DNA from: Myxococcota bacterium
Lineage (GTDB): Bacteria; Myxococcota_A; UBA796; UBA2385
DNA: 64,000 nt
Assembly (NCBI GenBank): GCA_044344255.1
Contig: JBIJDH010000008.1
Span: 212,640-276,639, forward strand
Direction: 5' to 3'
Shown: positions 9,181 to 18,959 of the stretch, piece after piece
Layout: each line of letters starts with the position of its first letter
Position numbering within the stretch: position 1 is the first letter of the stretch
Translations under genes and position numbers: made by a program
Notes under the pieces: generated by a model
What the model saw: only the letters and a program-made list of their open reading frames with translations
The model's database searches: none
What the model was told of the DNA's origin: nothing

Positions 9181-11541
9181 TCAGGGGTAGACCACCACCC
9201 GGTAGCTGCGCTCCTCGCTCCCGGAGATCTTCACCTTCAGGCCGCCCACCTCGACGGTGCCGTCGGTGAGGGTCTGGCTGGCCTCCCCCGGGCCCGTGGC
9301 CGTGCCGCTCACCGTGTAGCGGGTGCCGTCGGCCTCCGTGAAGCGGCCGCCCGAGCCGAAGACGCGGAGCTCGCGCGCGCCGTCCATGTCGGAGAGGGTG
9401 GTGATGCCGGAGTCGGTGGCGGTGGTGAAGGTGTCCGGGGCCTCGGCCAACAGCGGGATGATCGTGCCCTCCGCCGCGAAGACCGGGATGTCCCCCAGCG
9501 CCGCCGCCTGCCAGCCGCTCTCGACCTCCGCCCCGCTGAAGTAGTTGAACCAGCGCTGCCCGCCCGGGAGCTCGACCTCCCGACCCTCTGCGCCCGCCTC
9601 CATCACCGGCGCCACGAGCAGGGCGGAGCCCAAGAGCCAGGCGTCGATGCGCGCCCAGTCAGCCTCCGGATAGACCAGCGCGGGCGCCAACACGAGGGGG
9701 ATGCCGTCGGTGTGGGCCTTCTCGGCGAGGCCGCGGAGGTAGGGGAAGAGGCGGGCGTGCTCGATGGCATAGCGGGTGAAGTGGGCGAGGGTCTCCTCGT
9801 CGGTGTCGAACTGCCAGTTGTCCTCATCGAAACGACCATGGTGCGTGCGCATGATCGGGGTGAAGGCCCCGAGCGCGCACCAGCGGAACCACACCTCTTT
9901 GGTGGTGGGGGCGTTGCCGATCGAGTTGTAGCCCGCGATGTCGTGCGTGTAGAAGGCGACCCCCGAGATGCCGAGGCCGATGCCCATCGGGAGCACGGTC
10001 GGGAGCCCGTCGTCCGCCTCAAAGCTCGTGCGCTGATCGCCGGCCCAGGTCACGGGAGAGACCGCCTGGCTGCCCGTCCAGCCGGAGCGGGTGAAGAAGA
10101 CCGAGTCCGTGCCTGCCAGGACCTCCGCCGACATCTCCTGCCAGAGGCGGGGGTAGGCGTTGTGGTCGTCGAGGGCGTCCATGCCTTGCAGGGTGGCGTC
10201 GGTGGGCAGCCACTCGGCGTAGTCGGTCATCCAGCCCTCGAGGCCGATCTCGAGCGCCGCGGTCATCTTCTCCTCCGCCCAGGCCACGGCGTCGGGGTTG
10301 GTGGGGTCGAGCACGGTGACCTCGCCCAGGCCCGCGCCGGTGAACCAGTAGGTCTCCTCCCCGTCAGGAGTGCGCACGCCGAATTCGGCGGCCTCTGACG
10401 CCGCCTTGGTGTCCTTGGCGATGAAGGGGGCGAAGTAGCCGAGCCACTTGAAGCCCTGCCCATGGAGCTCGGCCGCGATGTCTTCGGCGTTCGGGTAGAG
10501 CGCCTCGTCCACCTCCCACTCGTCGGAGAGCTGGTAGCCCACGGCCTGGGGATTGGAGCCCTTCCAGTCCTCCGTCCAAATGACCGAGGCCGGGGCCCCG
10601 GCGGCGCGCAGCGTCGCGGCGACGGTGCGCACCCGCTCCACACCGCGGATCGCGTCGAGCCAGGGGGCGAAGGCCCAGTCGGGCGGCAGGACGGGCGCCC
10701 CCGACGCCAGGGTGTGCGTGCCCACGACCTCGAGGGGGCTGTCTCCCGCGACCACCTTGAGGTTGAGCACCCCGCTCCAGGTGGTGAGCGACCAACGGCT
10801 AGGATCGGAGGCGCAGAGGTCGACGTCGACCCTGCTCCAGGTGCTCACCCCCACGCCCACCGGCGCGCGCGGGTTCAGGATGAAGGGCACCGGATAGGAG
10901 CTCGAGTGGCGCGTGCCCTGGAGGAACCAGTCGGCGGGATAGGCCTCCTGGTCTGACTTTCCGATGCCCGGCTCGCCCACCCACAGCCCGAAGGCCTCGC
11001 CGCGGTGATCCACATCGAAGGCGTGGGCGCCGAGGCCGAGGAAGCGGTCGTCGGGGTCGCAGGCGAAGGAGGCGCGGGCGCGGTTGGTGCCGCTCGAATC
11101 GGAGAGGATCGAGACGTTGAGCACGCGGTCGCCCACCGCCCAGGCGTGCAGCCAGCCCACCGACTTGTCGCCGGCGCCGATGAGCTCCAGCTCGAGGGAG
11201 TCATCGCGGCGCTTGGAGCGGAGCTCTGTCCCCTGCACGGCGGAGAGGTCGAGCGCGGTCTCGGTGAACTTGTAGCTGCCGACCTGAAAGTCGACCTCGG
11301 CCTCGCCTTGTCCGAACTCGAGCTCCTCGAGGTCCAGCAGGCGCTTGCCGTGCCAGTCTACGGAGAGCCCCGTGCCCTCCTCCGGCCAGCTCAGCCGAAA
11401 CTCGCCCACCTCTTGGTCCTGACGGTTGCAGGCCATCGCCAGGCTCAGGCTGAGGATCAGGCCGAGGCTCCGGCGGGACCGGAGGCGCGAGCGGAGACGA
11501 GGGCGGCAGGGCGAGTGGCTCGGGGAGCGGCGCATGATCAC
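9181..11541 (-). CDS. GH31 family glycoside hydrolase lipoprotein
   Basis: WMTDYAE (nucleophile), FTRSG, WAGDQ (acid/base), HDIAGY, RW..LGAFTPIMRTH, LLVAPV; signal ending AMAC. Confidence 0.9.
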   Translation of the reverse strand: MIMRRSPSHSPCRPRLRSRLRSRRSLGLILSLSLAMACNRQDQEVGEFRLSWPEEGTGLSVDWHGKRLLDLEELEFGQGEAEVDFQVGSYKFTETALDLSAVQGTELRSKRRDDSLELELIGAGDKSVGWLHAWAVGDRVLNVSILSDSSGTNRARASFACDPDDRFLGLGAHAFDVDHRGEAFGLWVGEPGIGKSDQEAYPADWFLQGTRHSSSYPVPFILNPRAPVGVGVSTWSRVDVDLCASDPSRWSLTTWSGVLNLKVVAGDSPLEVVGTHTLASGAPVLPPDWAFAPWLDAIRGVERVRTVAATLRAAGAPASVIWTEDWKGSNPQAVGYQLSDEWEVDEALYPNAEDIAAELHGQGFKWLGYFAPFIAKDTKAASEAAEFGVRTPDGEETYWFTGAGLGEVTVLDPTNPDAVAWAEEKMTAALEIGLEGWMTDYAEWLPTDATLQGMDALDDHNAYPRLWQEMSAEVLAGTDSVFFTRSGWTGSQAVSPVTWAGDQRTSFEADDGLPTVLPMGIGLGISGVAFYTHDIAGYNSIGNAPTTKEVWFRWCALGAFTPIMRTHHGRFDEDNWQFDTDEETLAHFTRYAIEHARLFPYLRGLAEKAHTDGIPLVLAPALVYPEADWARIDAWLLGSALLVAPVMEAGAEGREVELPGGQRWFNYFSGAEVESGWQAAALGDIPVFAAEGTIIPLLAEAPDTFTTATDSGITTLSDMDGARELRVFGSGGRFTEADGTRYTVSGTATGPGEASQTLTDGTVEVGGLKVKISGSEERSYRVVVYP

Positions 11542-11587
11542 CTCCTCCGCGCACTATCAAGAAAGGCGCGCGGGCGCGGGGGCCGCC

Positions 11588-12205
11588 CTACCGAGGCCGA
11601 CGCACCGCCCGAATCACGGCCACCGCGGGGTGCAGGCGCTCGGCGAAGTGGAGGAAGCCGGCCCGGTCGAGCTCGCCGGTGACGTCGTCTACCGAGGGCG
11701 CGAAGCGGTGCTCCCGATCGAGCCAACCCTCCACGCCGTCGAGGCGGTCGGGTGGGAGGCTCCAGAGCAGATCGCCGATGACCAGCAAGCCGTCGGGGGG
11801 CAGCGCGGCGTGCAGGCGCCCCCAGAGCGCGCGCCGCTCCGCCGCGTCGAGCAGAGAGAGCGATCGGGCCATCATCACGGTGCTGAGCCCAGGGATGACG
11901 GGGGGATCCCGCAGATCGCCGAGCTGGAAGGAGAGGTTCGGGGCGTCGCTCCGCCCGCGGGCGAGCGCGAGGCGCAGCGGCGAGCAGTCGAGGCCCACCC
12001 CTCGGCGGATGAAGGGGGCGACGTCGCTGAGCATCCTCCCCGTGCCGCAGCCGAGGTCGAGCAGGACGTCCTTGTCCTCGAGCTCGGCCCGGTCGAGGAC
12101 GGTGTGGTGGATGACCTCGTACCAATGGGCGAGCGCAGGATCTGCGGGCTGTTCTTCGAGGTGCTGGTCGAAGTGGCGGATGAGCTCGGGGAGGGGCCGC
12201 TTCAT
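11588..12205 (-). CDS. Class I SAM-dependent methyltransferase
   Basis: LLDLGCGTG, GLD, LPPDGLLVIGD. Confidence 0.85.
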   Translation of the reverse strand: MKRPLPELIRHFDQHLEEQPADPALAHWYEVIHHTVLDRAELEDKDVLLDLGCGTGRMLSDVAPFIRRGVGLDCSPLRLALARGRSDAPNLSFQLGDLRDPPVIPGLSTVMMARSLSLLDAAERRALWGRLHAALPPDGLLVIGDLLWSLPPDRLDGVEGWLDREHRFAPSVDDVTGELDRAGFLHFAERLHPAVAVIRAVRRPR

Positions 12206-14145
12206 GGAGCCAGCGGGACGAAGAGGTGGTTGACGGTCGCCATCCAGGCGGTCGTTCCGTCCACCACCGACTGCGGCCCGGAGACAGGGAAGCGGTCGAG
12301 CGCGGGGACCACCTCGGGGGGGAGCTGGATCAGGGGGGCGCCGCCGGACTGGCCCTGGGCCCGCGCCTCCACCCGCACGAGGCCCGGCTCGCGGCCGGTC
12401 GTGTAGTAGACCTGCGCCACGCCGGCGTCGTCGGTGGTGGCCTTCGCGGGGAGCATCCCGTCCCCCTCGGTCACGTCGAGCTCGAGTGGGACGCCGGTGA
12501 CCGGGTAGCCGAACTCGTCAAGGCAGAGCACCGTGAGCATCGTGCTCGACACGCCGTCCAGGGGGAGGCGGCTGCGCGTGGGGAGCACGAGGATCTGCCG
12601 AACGGGGTTCTGATTGGCCGGCGCCTTGACCGTGCCGAGGAGGTCGACCGGCGACTTTCCGCTCACCGTGAAGGTGGCCTTGTAGTCGCCCTGGGTGAGG
12701 TCCTTCACGGGCCCCGCGATGCGCCCACCGTCGATCTTGAAGGCGAGGCTGCGCCCGGCGAGACCCTGGCCGTCGCGCCCGGTGACGTGGGCCGTCACCT
12801 CGAGGGTGGTGACGCCAGCCGGCAGCGGGCTCGGGCTGGGGGTGAGGCTGAGCCCGACCGCGCGGCCCGGGCTGAGCGTCACGCTCCGCTTGTCCTGCTG
12901 TCCCTTCTCGGGGAGCACCACCTCCACCGACACGGCGCCCGGTGGGGTGGGCTTGCCCGCGGTCGAGCCCCCCTTGGTCGAGCCCCCCTTGGTGGGCGCG
13001 GGCAGGGCGACGGGCGGGGACCAGGAGGCGACGTAGACGCCGTTGCCCTCGTGACGGGTGTCGGAGACCACCCCCGCCGAGACCTTGATCACCGGCTTGG
13101 CGCCGCTGTCCGGCTGCCCCTCGGGGGTGACCACGAAGGCCCGAAGGGGCACGGAGAGGGCGGGGTCAGCCGGCACCCCGCTGAAGGTGGGCAGCAGCCG
13201 CACCCGCGCGGCTGGGGTGAGCTTGAGGTCGAGCGGGGTCTCCTTCGCCACGTTGTTCACATAGGAGACCACGGTGGCCTTCCCAACCCCCGGCGAGAGG
13301 ATCGCCTGAACCTTCGCGTTCCCCGACTTGTCGGCTGTGACGGGCCCAAACTCGCGACCCCCGAGCCGGAGGAGGACGCTGCCGCCCGGGCCGCCCTTCA
13401 CCGGGAGCTCGGCCTTGGCTTGCAGGGGGATGGAGACCACCCCGTAGGTGCGCGAGGGATCACGGCGGTCCGCCACGGTGATCACGGCCACGCCCGGCCT
13501 TTGAGGCTGCCCCTTGGCCGCGACGGGCGGCGTGTAGAGGGCAGAGTAGGCCCCGTTGCCCATCGGGGTGAGGTTCGAGAGCGTGCCCGAAGACACATTG
13601 AACTCGAGGTCGCCGCCGTCTCGGGCGGCGGTGGCCCCCCCGGTGAGGGTGACGGTCAAGCTGGCGGTCGCGTCCTGGCCGAGCACCAGGGCGGGCGGGC
13701 TGGCCGCGAGGGTCACCCGCTGGGCGGGCACCGGGAGCACCGAGATCGCCCAGGCCTTGGCGATCTTGTCCTTGTTGACGGTCTTACCCTTGAGGCTGAT
13801 CTCCACCTCCCGCGGGGCATCGACGAGGGGGGGCGTCCACTCCATGCGGAATAGGCCCGGCCCCACCGAGGTCGGCTGGCTGAGCTCACCGCCGGTGCTC
13901 TGCGCCTTCCACTCGAGCTGCCCCAGCGGCTCTCCGCTGCGGTCGAGGGCCAGGACGTGGATCAGGGTCTTGCCTTGCCCCGAGCCGTACACCGAGCCCA
14001 CGGGGAGCATCTCGATGACCAGATCACCGAAGACCGCTCCGCCCACGGCCGCATGGGCGTCGGAGGCGCGGAGGGCGGTCGCGGGCAGGCCCACGGCGAG
14101 GAAGAGGCCGAGGCCGAGGAGCCGAAGTGAGAGCCGCGACACCAT
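12202..14145 (-). CDS. Secreted protein with invasin/Big-like Ig domains
   Basis: Signal peptide; repeated GNGxYxA strand motifs; DEFGYPV and TTDDAGVA typical of Big_1. Confidence 0.7.
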   Translation of the reverse strand: MVSRLSLRLLGLGLFLAVGLPATALRASDAHAAVGGAVFGDLVIEMLPVGSVYGSGQGKTLIHVLALDRSGEPLGQLEWKAQSTGGELSQPTSVGPGLFRMEWTPPLVDAPREVEISLKGKTVNKDKIAKAWAISVLPVPAQRVTLAASPPALVLGQDATASLTVTLTGGATAARDGGDLEFNVSSGTLSNLTPMGNGAYSALYTPPVAAKGQPQRPGVAVITVADRRDPSRTYGVVSIPLQAKAELPVKGGPGGSVLLRLGGREFGPVTADKSGNAKVQAILSPGVGKATVVSYVNNVAKETPLDLKLTPAARVRLLPTFSGVPADPALSVPLRAFVVTPEGQPDSGAKPVIKVSAGVVSDTRHEGNGVYVASWSPPVALPAPTKGGSTKGGSTAGKPTPPGAVSVEVVLPEKGQQDKRSVTLSPGRAVGLSLTPSPSPLPAGVTTLEVTAHVTGRDGQGLAGRSLAFKIDGGRIAGPVKDLTQGDYKATFTVSGKSPVDLLGTVKAPANQNPVRQILVLPTRSRLPLDGVSSTMLTVLCLDEFGYPVTGVPLELDVTEGDGMLPAKATTDDAGVAQVYYTTGREPGLVRVEARAQGQSGGAPLIQLPPEVVPALDRFPVSGPQSVVDGTTAWMATVNHLFVPLAP

Positions 14146-14387
14146 GAAGTTCCTCCAGCGCTCGGCCTATGGCCGAGGACAGGTCCTGTCGAGGCGCAGG
14201 ATCCGGATGGACGCACCCGCGGCGCGAGACGGAGACACCCGAGCCCGTCCAGGGAGCCCATCCGAGATGTACTCCACAAACCGACATCACCAAATGCCGT
14301 TATCGTCTTCTAACTGCGCGCCCCTCTTCCCCAGGGGGCCGCGTTGTGCTTGACTCCGGGTCTTGACTCCGAGGCGAACGGAAGAGA

Positions 14388-15617
14388 ATGCAAGCCCCCC
14401 TCAAGGTTCACCTTGTTGACGACGATCCCGAGATTCTCGAGGTTGTTAGCACCGCTTTGTCCTCAATCGGTTGTTCAGTCCAGACATCCAAATCGGGCTC
14501 CGAGGGCCTGGAGGCCCTGCGAGCGAGCCCTCCGGACTGCGCGATCGTCGACCTCATGATGCCCGGCATGGACGGTGCAGAGCTCTGCAGACGAATCCGC
14601 GCCGACAACACGCTCTCGCACATCAAGATCATCGTGCTGTCCGCGAAGATCTACCCGGCAGACCGGAACGCCGCGATGGAGGCCGGCGCCGACGCCTACG
14701 CCATCAAGCCGATCCGCATGAAGCAGCTCCAGGACTTGATCACCCACGTCGTCACCGACGAGGTCACCGCCCACTTCTGGGGGGTGCGCGGCACGCTGCC
14801 CGCCCCTTCGCCGAAGAACATGAAGTATGGCGGCAACACCTCCTGCGTGCAGCTCACCTTCCCCCGCGGGGAGCTCTTCATCCTCGACGCCGGGAGCGGC
14901 ATCCGCGAGGTCGGTCAGCACCTGATGACCCAGAAGCGCGGGCGGCTGAAGGGGGCGATCATGATCACCCACCCCCACTGGGATCACCTCAACGCGCTGC
15001 CCTTCTTCGCGCCGCTCTACGTGCCGGGCAACGAGTTCGAGGTCTGTGGCCCCGCGCAGCCCGGCGCCAGCATGCGAGAGCTGGTCTCGGCGCAGATGGA
15101 TGGCCGATTTTTCCCGATTACTCCAGGCGAATTCGGCGCCAGCGTCACCTATCGCGACCTCTACCAGGACGCCTACCGCATCCAAGGTGTGCAGGTGCGC
15201 ACCATGCTCCTGATGCACCCTGGCGCTTGCCTTGGCTACCGTTTTGAGTACAAAGGCCGCTCGATCGCCTACATAACCGACAACGAACTTTACCTCGCGA
15301 GCTCGGTACATCACGGCGAAGAGTACATGGAGCAGCTCTCGGGCTTCGTGGCCGGTGCCGATCTCTTGATCACCGACACCACCTACACCGACGCCGAGTA
15401 CCCCGCGCGTGTGGGCTGGGGGCACGCCTGTGTCTCCGAGGTCGCCCGCCTCGCCCATAAGGCCGCGGTGAAGCGGCTCTGCATCTTCCACCACGACCCC
15501 GCCCAGAACGACGACGACATCGACCGAAAGCACGGGGCCACGATCGACGCCCTCGCCCGCCTCGGCTCGACGGTCGAGTGTCTCGCCCCGCGAGAGCGCG
15601 ACGAGCTCCGAGTCTGA
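14388..15617 (+). CDS. Response regulator receiver fused to an MBL-fold metallo-hydrolase
   Basis: VDDD, VDLMMPGMDG, AIKP; WGVRGT, YGGNTSC, ILDAGSG, THPHWDH, YITDNE, GWGH, FHHDP. Confidence 0.9.
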   Translation: MQAPLKVHLVDDDPEILEVVSTALSSIGCSVQTSKSGSEGLEALRASPPDCAIVDLMMPGMDGAELCRRIRADNTLSHIKIIVLSAKIYPADRNAAMEAGADAYAIKPIRMKQLQDLITHVVTDEVTAHFWGVRGTLPAPSPKNMKYGGNTSCVQLTFPRGELFILDAGSGIREVGQHLMTQKRGRLKGAIMITHPHWDHLNALPFFAPLYVPGNEFEVCGPAQPGASMRELVSAQMDGRFFPITPGEFGASVTYRDLYQDAYRIQGVQVRTMLLMHPGACLGYRFEYKGRSIAYITDNELYLASSVHHGEEYMEQLSGFVAGADLLITDTTYTDAEYPARVGWGHACVSEVARLAHKAAVKRLCIFHHDPAQNDDDIDRKHGATIDALARLGSTVECLAPRERDELRV

Positions 15618-15705
15618 GTCGAAGCCACCCTTGTCGGCAGGGTGCGGGGACGCGCACCAAGCGCTAAGGGACCCAGGCGAAACCGCTCTCCCTCCGGAGC
15701 CCCGG

Positions 15706-16920
15706 ATGTCCCTGCTGCTCGCGGCCATCTGCCTCGCCCTGACCGGTCCGTCAGCCCACGCCCAGAACCCGGAGGCGCGTGTATCCACCGAGAGCGCCGA
15801 GCAGGTGCGCCTCGACGAGGACATGCGCCGCCTCGCCTCCCGCGGCCTCTGGGACGGCGTCGAGCGGAGCTACCTCGAGCTCGTCTACCTCTCCACGCAT
15901 GGGGTGGTCGTGACCGCGGATCAGCATGATCTCGGCGCCGAGGCCGCCCGAAACCGGGGAGACGCCCAGGGCGCCCACGAGCGACTGCTCCGCGCCCAGG
16001 AGGTGAGCCCGACCGCCGCGCGAGGCATCGACGTCGCCGATCTGGAGGGCCGCTTCGGCGAGGTGCACCTCCTCTCCCGCGCGAAGCGGGACAAGGCGGT
16101 CCTCTCCGTCACCGACCTCCCCTTCGCCCCCGACGAGCGGGCGGCCGTGCTCTTCGCACAGAATGAGCTCGCAGCGAAGGGACAATTCAAGGGCTACCTC
16201 CCGCGCTTGGCCTACAGCTTCGCCGGTGAGAATTTCACCGTGGTCCCCGGCCAGGTGCCGGTGGTGATCGAGGTCTCGGCGCTCCCCGAAGGGGAGGGCG
16301 CCCAGACCCGCCGCTCGGGGAGCATCAGCCAGGCCCGGGCGCCCCTCCGCGGGCCGATCATCACGGTCGGCCCCGCGTGGACTTGGGCGGCGGCCACCGA
16401 CAACTCCGAGGTCCAGCCCGAGCCCTTCTCCGGGCCGGGGGCGCGGGTCGGCGCCGGCCTGGACCTCGGGACCACCAACCCGCTCTCCGTGCCCATCGTC
16501 ATCGGCTACCAGAGCCTGTACGGCGTCCCCCCCGGCGGCGGCGAGCTGCCCGATCGCGCACACTTCGGCTGGGTGCAGGCCTCGCTGGCCATCCACACCC
16601 GCACCATGCGCTTCGCGATCGGCCCCGAGCTCGCGCTCGGCTTCGCCTCCTCCACCGGGCTGCGCACCGATCCGGCGCCGGTCTGGTGCGAGGAGCCGAA
16701 CACACCCGCGGAGGTCTGCACGGACGCCGCGCTGGCCCGCACCGCCGTCCGCGGCACCCTCCGCAGCGGCGGGATCGTGGGCGGCTACACCTGGTGGGGG
16801 GCCAGCAGCAAGACCTGGCAGGCCGGCCCCACCCTCGAGGGCGGCTTCCTCCACGACGGGGCGCGGGTCTGGCCCTGGCTCTCCCTCGGCTTCACGGTGC
16901 AACCCCAGGGATTTCGGTAG
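15706..16920 (+). CDS. Secreted hypothetical protein (helical N-terminus, possible C-terminal beta-barrel)
   Basis: Signal peptide MSLLLAAICLALTGPSAHA after GGAG; host-like codon usage. Confidence 0.65.
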   Translation: MSLLLAAICLALTGPSAHAQNPEARVSTESAEQVRLDEDMRRLASRGLWDGVERSYLELVYLSTHGVVVTADQHDLGAEAARNRGDAQGAHERLLRAQEVSPTAARGIDVADLEGRFGEVHLLSRAKRDKAVLSVTDLPFAPDERAAVLFAQNELAAKGQFKGYLPRLAYSFAGENFTVVPGQVPVVIEVSALPEGEGAQTRRSGSISQARAPLRGPIITVGPAWTWAAATDNSEVQPEPFSGPGARVGAGLDLGTTNPLSVPIVIGYQSLYGVPPGGGELPDRAHFGWVQASLAIHTRTMRFAIGPELALGFASSTGLRTDPAPVWCEEPNTPAEVCTDAALARTAVRGTLRSGGIVGGYTWWGASSKTWQAGPTLEGGFLHDGARVWPWLSLGFTVQPQGFR

Positions 16921-16925
16921 GCCTC

Positions 16926-18899
16926 ATGCGTCACCCCCGCCTCGCGCCCTCCCGCCCCCTTCGCCCCGGGCCCGCTCGCCTCGGCCGCCTCGCGGTCCTC
17001 CACGCCGTCCTCCTCGTGGCCTTCGGCGCGCTGTCGGGCTGCGCCTCGAGCTGGGAGCCGCTCGACAAGGACGGCGACGGATACACCTGGGTCGACGGGG
17101 ACTGTGACGACACCCGCGCCACCTCCAAGCCCGGCAACGCCGAGGTCTGTAACGGCCTCGACGACGACTGCGACGGCGAGATCGACGACGGCGTCGCCGT
17201 AGACCTCTGGGCGGACGCCGACGGCGACGGCCACGGCGACCCCACCCGCAACCAGAGCGGCTGCGCCGAGACGGACGGGCTCGTCGCCAACTTCGACGAC
17301 TGCGACGACGCCAACCCCTCGGCGGCCCCCGACCTCGTCGAGGTCTGCGACGGCGTCGATCAGGACTGCGACGGCCGCATCGACGACGAGCCCTCCGACG
17401 GCGGCACCTGGTACACCGACGCCGACGCCGACCACCACGGCGACCCCAACGCCGTCGTCCGAGCCTGCGAGAAGCCAGCCGACGCCGTCACCGAGCCCAC
17501 CGACTGCGATGACAGCGACGGGGACGTCTTCCCCGATTCACACGCCACAGAGGTGCCCGGAGACGGCGTCGACCAGGACTGCGACGGCCTCGACGTCTGT
17601 ACGGACCTCGACTGCGACGGCATCCCCGACCTCTTCATCCCCGCCGAGCGGGCCGGCGCCGCCGACGATCTCGCGGCCGAGACCGCCTCCCACCTCTACC
17701 GCGGTGACCCCGGCGACCACCCCGTGCTGTTCGGCAGCCTCGTGGGGCCGGGCGTGGCCGCCGCCGCCGCCGCCGACTTCGACCAGGACGGCACCATCGA
17801 CCTCGCCCTCGGCGCCTCGGCGCCCGGTGAGAGCCGCATCGCCTGGGGTTCGGTCACCGGCCCTGCGGACGCCGGCAGCGCCTCCTTCACCACCGATGGG
17901 GTCGTGGCGATCGCGGCGGCGGAGCTCAGCGGCGACAGCCTCCCGGAGCTCATCCTCCTCGAAGGGGGGCCGAGCGAGGGCTCCGCCGCCCTCACCCTGT
18001 TCCATGGCGCCACGGGCGGGCCCGACCTCGCCCACCCGGTCCACCTCCCCGCTGTCGATCCCCGCGCCCTCGTCGTGGCCGACCTCGACGGAGACGGCAG
18101 CGACGACATCGCGGTCTGTGACCACGCCGGATCCACCATCTACTGGAACGACGCCAGTCTGTTCTTCACGGAGAGCAACCAGATCAACCTGCCGAGCAGC
18201 GGCTGCGCAGGCATCGTCGCCGAAGACCTCGACCAGGACGGCGACATCGACCTGGTCCTCGCCAACAGCGACGCTGACTCCGAGATCCTCTGGAACCAGG
18301 GCGACCACTTCGCCAGCCCCGACCGAACCGCCCTCCCCACCCGCGGCGCCTGGAGCGTGACCGCCGCCGATCTCGACGGCGATGGCTGGAGCGACCTCGT
18401 CTTCGGGGCCTGGGCCGGCGAGGGTATCGACCCCGCCGAGCCCGTGGGCGGGGACTGGGAGAACCTCGTCCTGGCCTACTACAGCAACGAGGGGGTCTTC
18501 ACCTCCACCGACGCCGATGGCCTGCTGGCCACCGGCGGGGCGTACCCGGCGGTGGGCGACCTCAACGGCGACGGCCTGCTCGAGATCGTCGTCCCCGGCT
18601 ACCGCAGCGAGGCCGGCGACTGGTCCCCCGGCAGCGCCATCTGGTGGGGGGACGCCGCCGGCTACGGCACCGCGAGCCGCACCCTGCTCGACACCGCCAA
18701 CAGCCTGCGCGTCCGCCTCCTCGACGCCGACCAGGACGGCGACCTCGACCTGCTGTTCACCGGCTGGTTCGACGGCGGGGACCACGACGTGCGCCCCCGC
18801 ATCTACTCGAATGAGGGCGGGGCCTTCGACGAGGCCCACCTGGACGACCTCGAGACCGCCGGAGCCTGGGCGAGCCCCCTCTGGATCGGCCAGCGCTGA
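16926..18899 (+). CDS. Lipoprotein with MopE-related Cys/Asp repeats and FG-GAP/VCBS repeats
   Basis: LSGC; DCDD..PG.AEVCNGLDDDCDG repeats; ADFDQDGTIDL, DLDGDGWSDL, GDLNGDGLLEI. Confidence 0.88.
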   Translation: MRHPRLAPSRPLRPGPARLGRLAVLHAVLLVAFGALSGCASSWEPLDKDGDGYTWVDGDCDDTRATSKPGNAEVCNGLDDDCDGEIDDGVAVDLWADADGDGHGDPTRNQSGCAETDGLVANFDDCDDANPSAAPDLVEVCDGVDQDCDGRIDDEPSDGGTWYTDADADHHGDPNAVVRACEKPADAVTEPTDCDDSDGDVFPDSHATEVPGDGVDQDCDGLDVCTDLDCDGIPDLFIPAERAGAADDLAAETASHLYRGDPGDHPVLFGSLVGPGVAAAAAADFDQDGTIDLALGASAPGESRIAWGSVTGPADAGSASFTTDGVVAIAAAELSGDSLPELILLEGGPSEGSAALTLFHGATGGPDLAHPVHLPAVDPRALVVADLDGDGSDDIAVCDHAGSTIYWNDASLFFTESNQINLPSSGCAGIVAEDLDQDGDIDLVLANSDADSEILWNQGDHFASPDRTALPTRGAWSVTAADLDGDGWSDLVFGAWAGEGIDPAEPVGGDWENLVLAYYSNEGVFTSTDADGLLATGGAYPAVGDLNGDGLLEIVVPGYRSEAGDWSPGSAIWWGDAAGYGTASRTLLDTANSLRVRLLDADQDGDLDLLFTGWFDGGDHDVRPRIYSNEGGAFDEAHLDDLETAGAWASPLWIGQR

Positions 18900-18959
18900 G
18901 CGAGACCTTCCGGCCGATCCCGCGCGCATCGCGGCGTGGGCAGGCCCGCGGAGCGGGGT

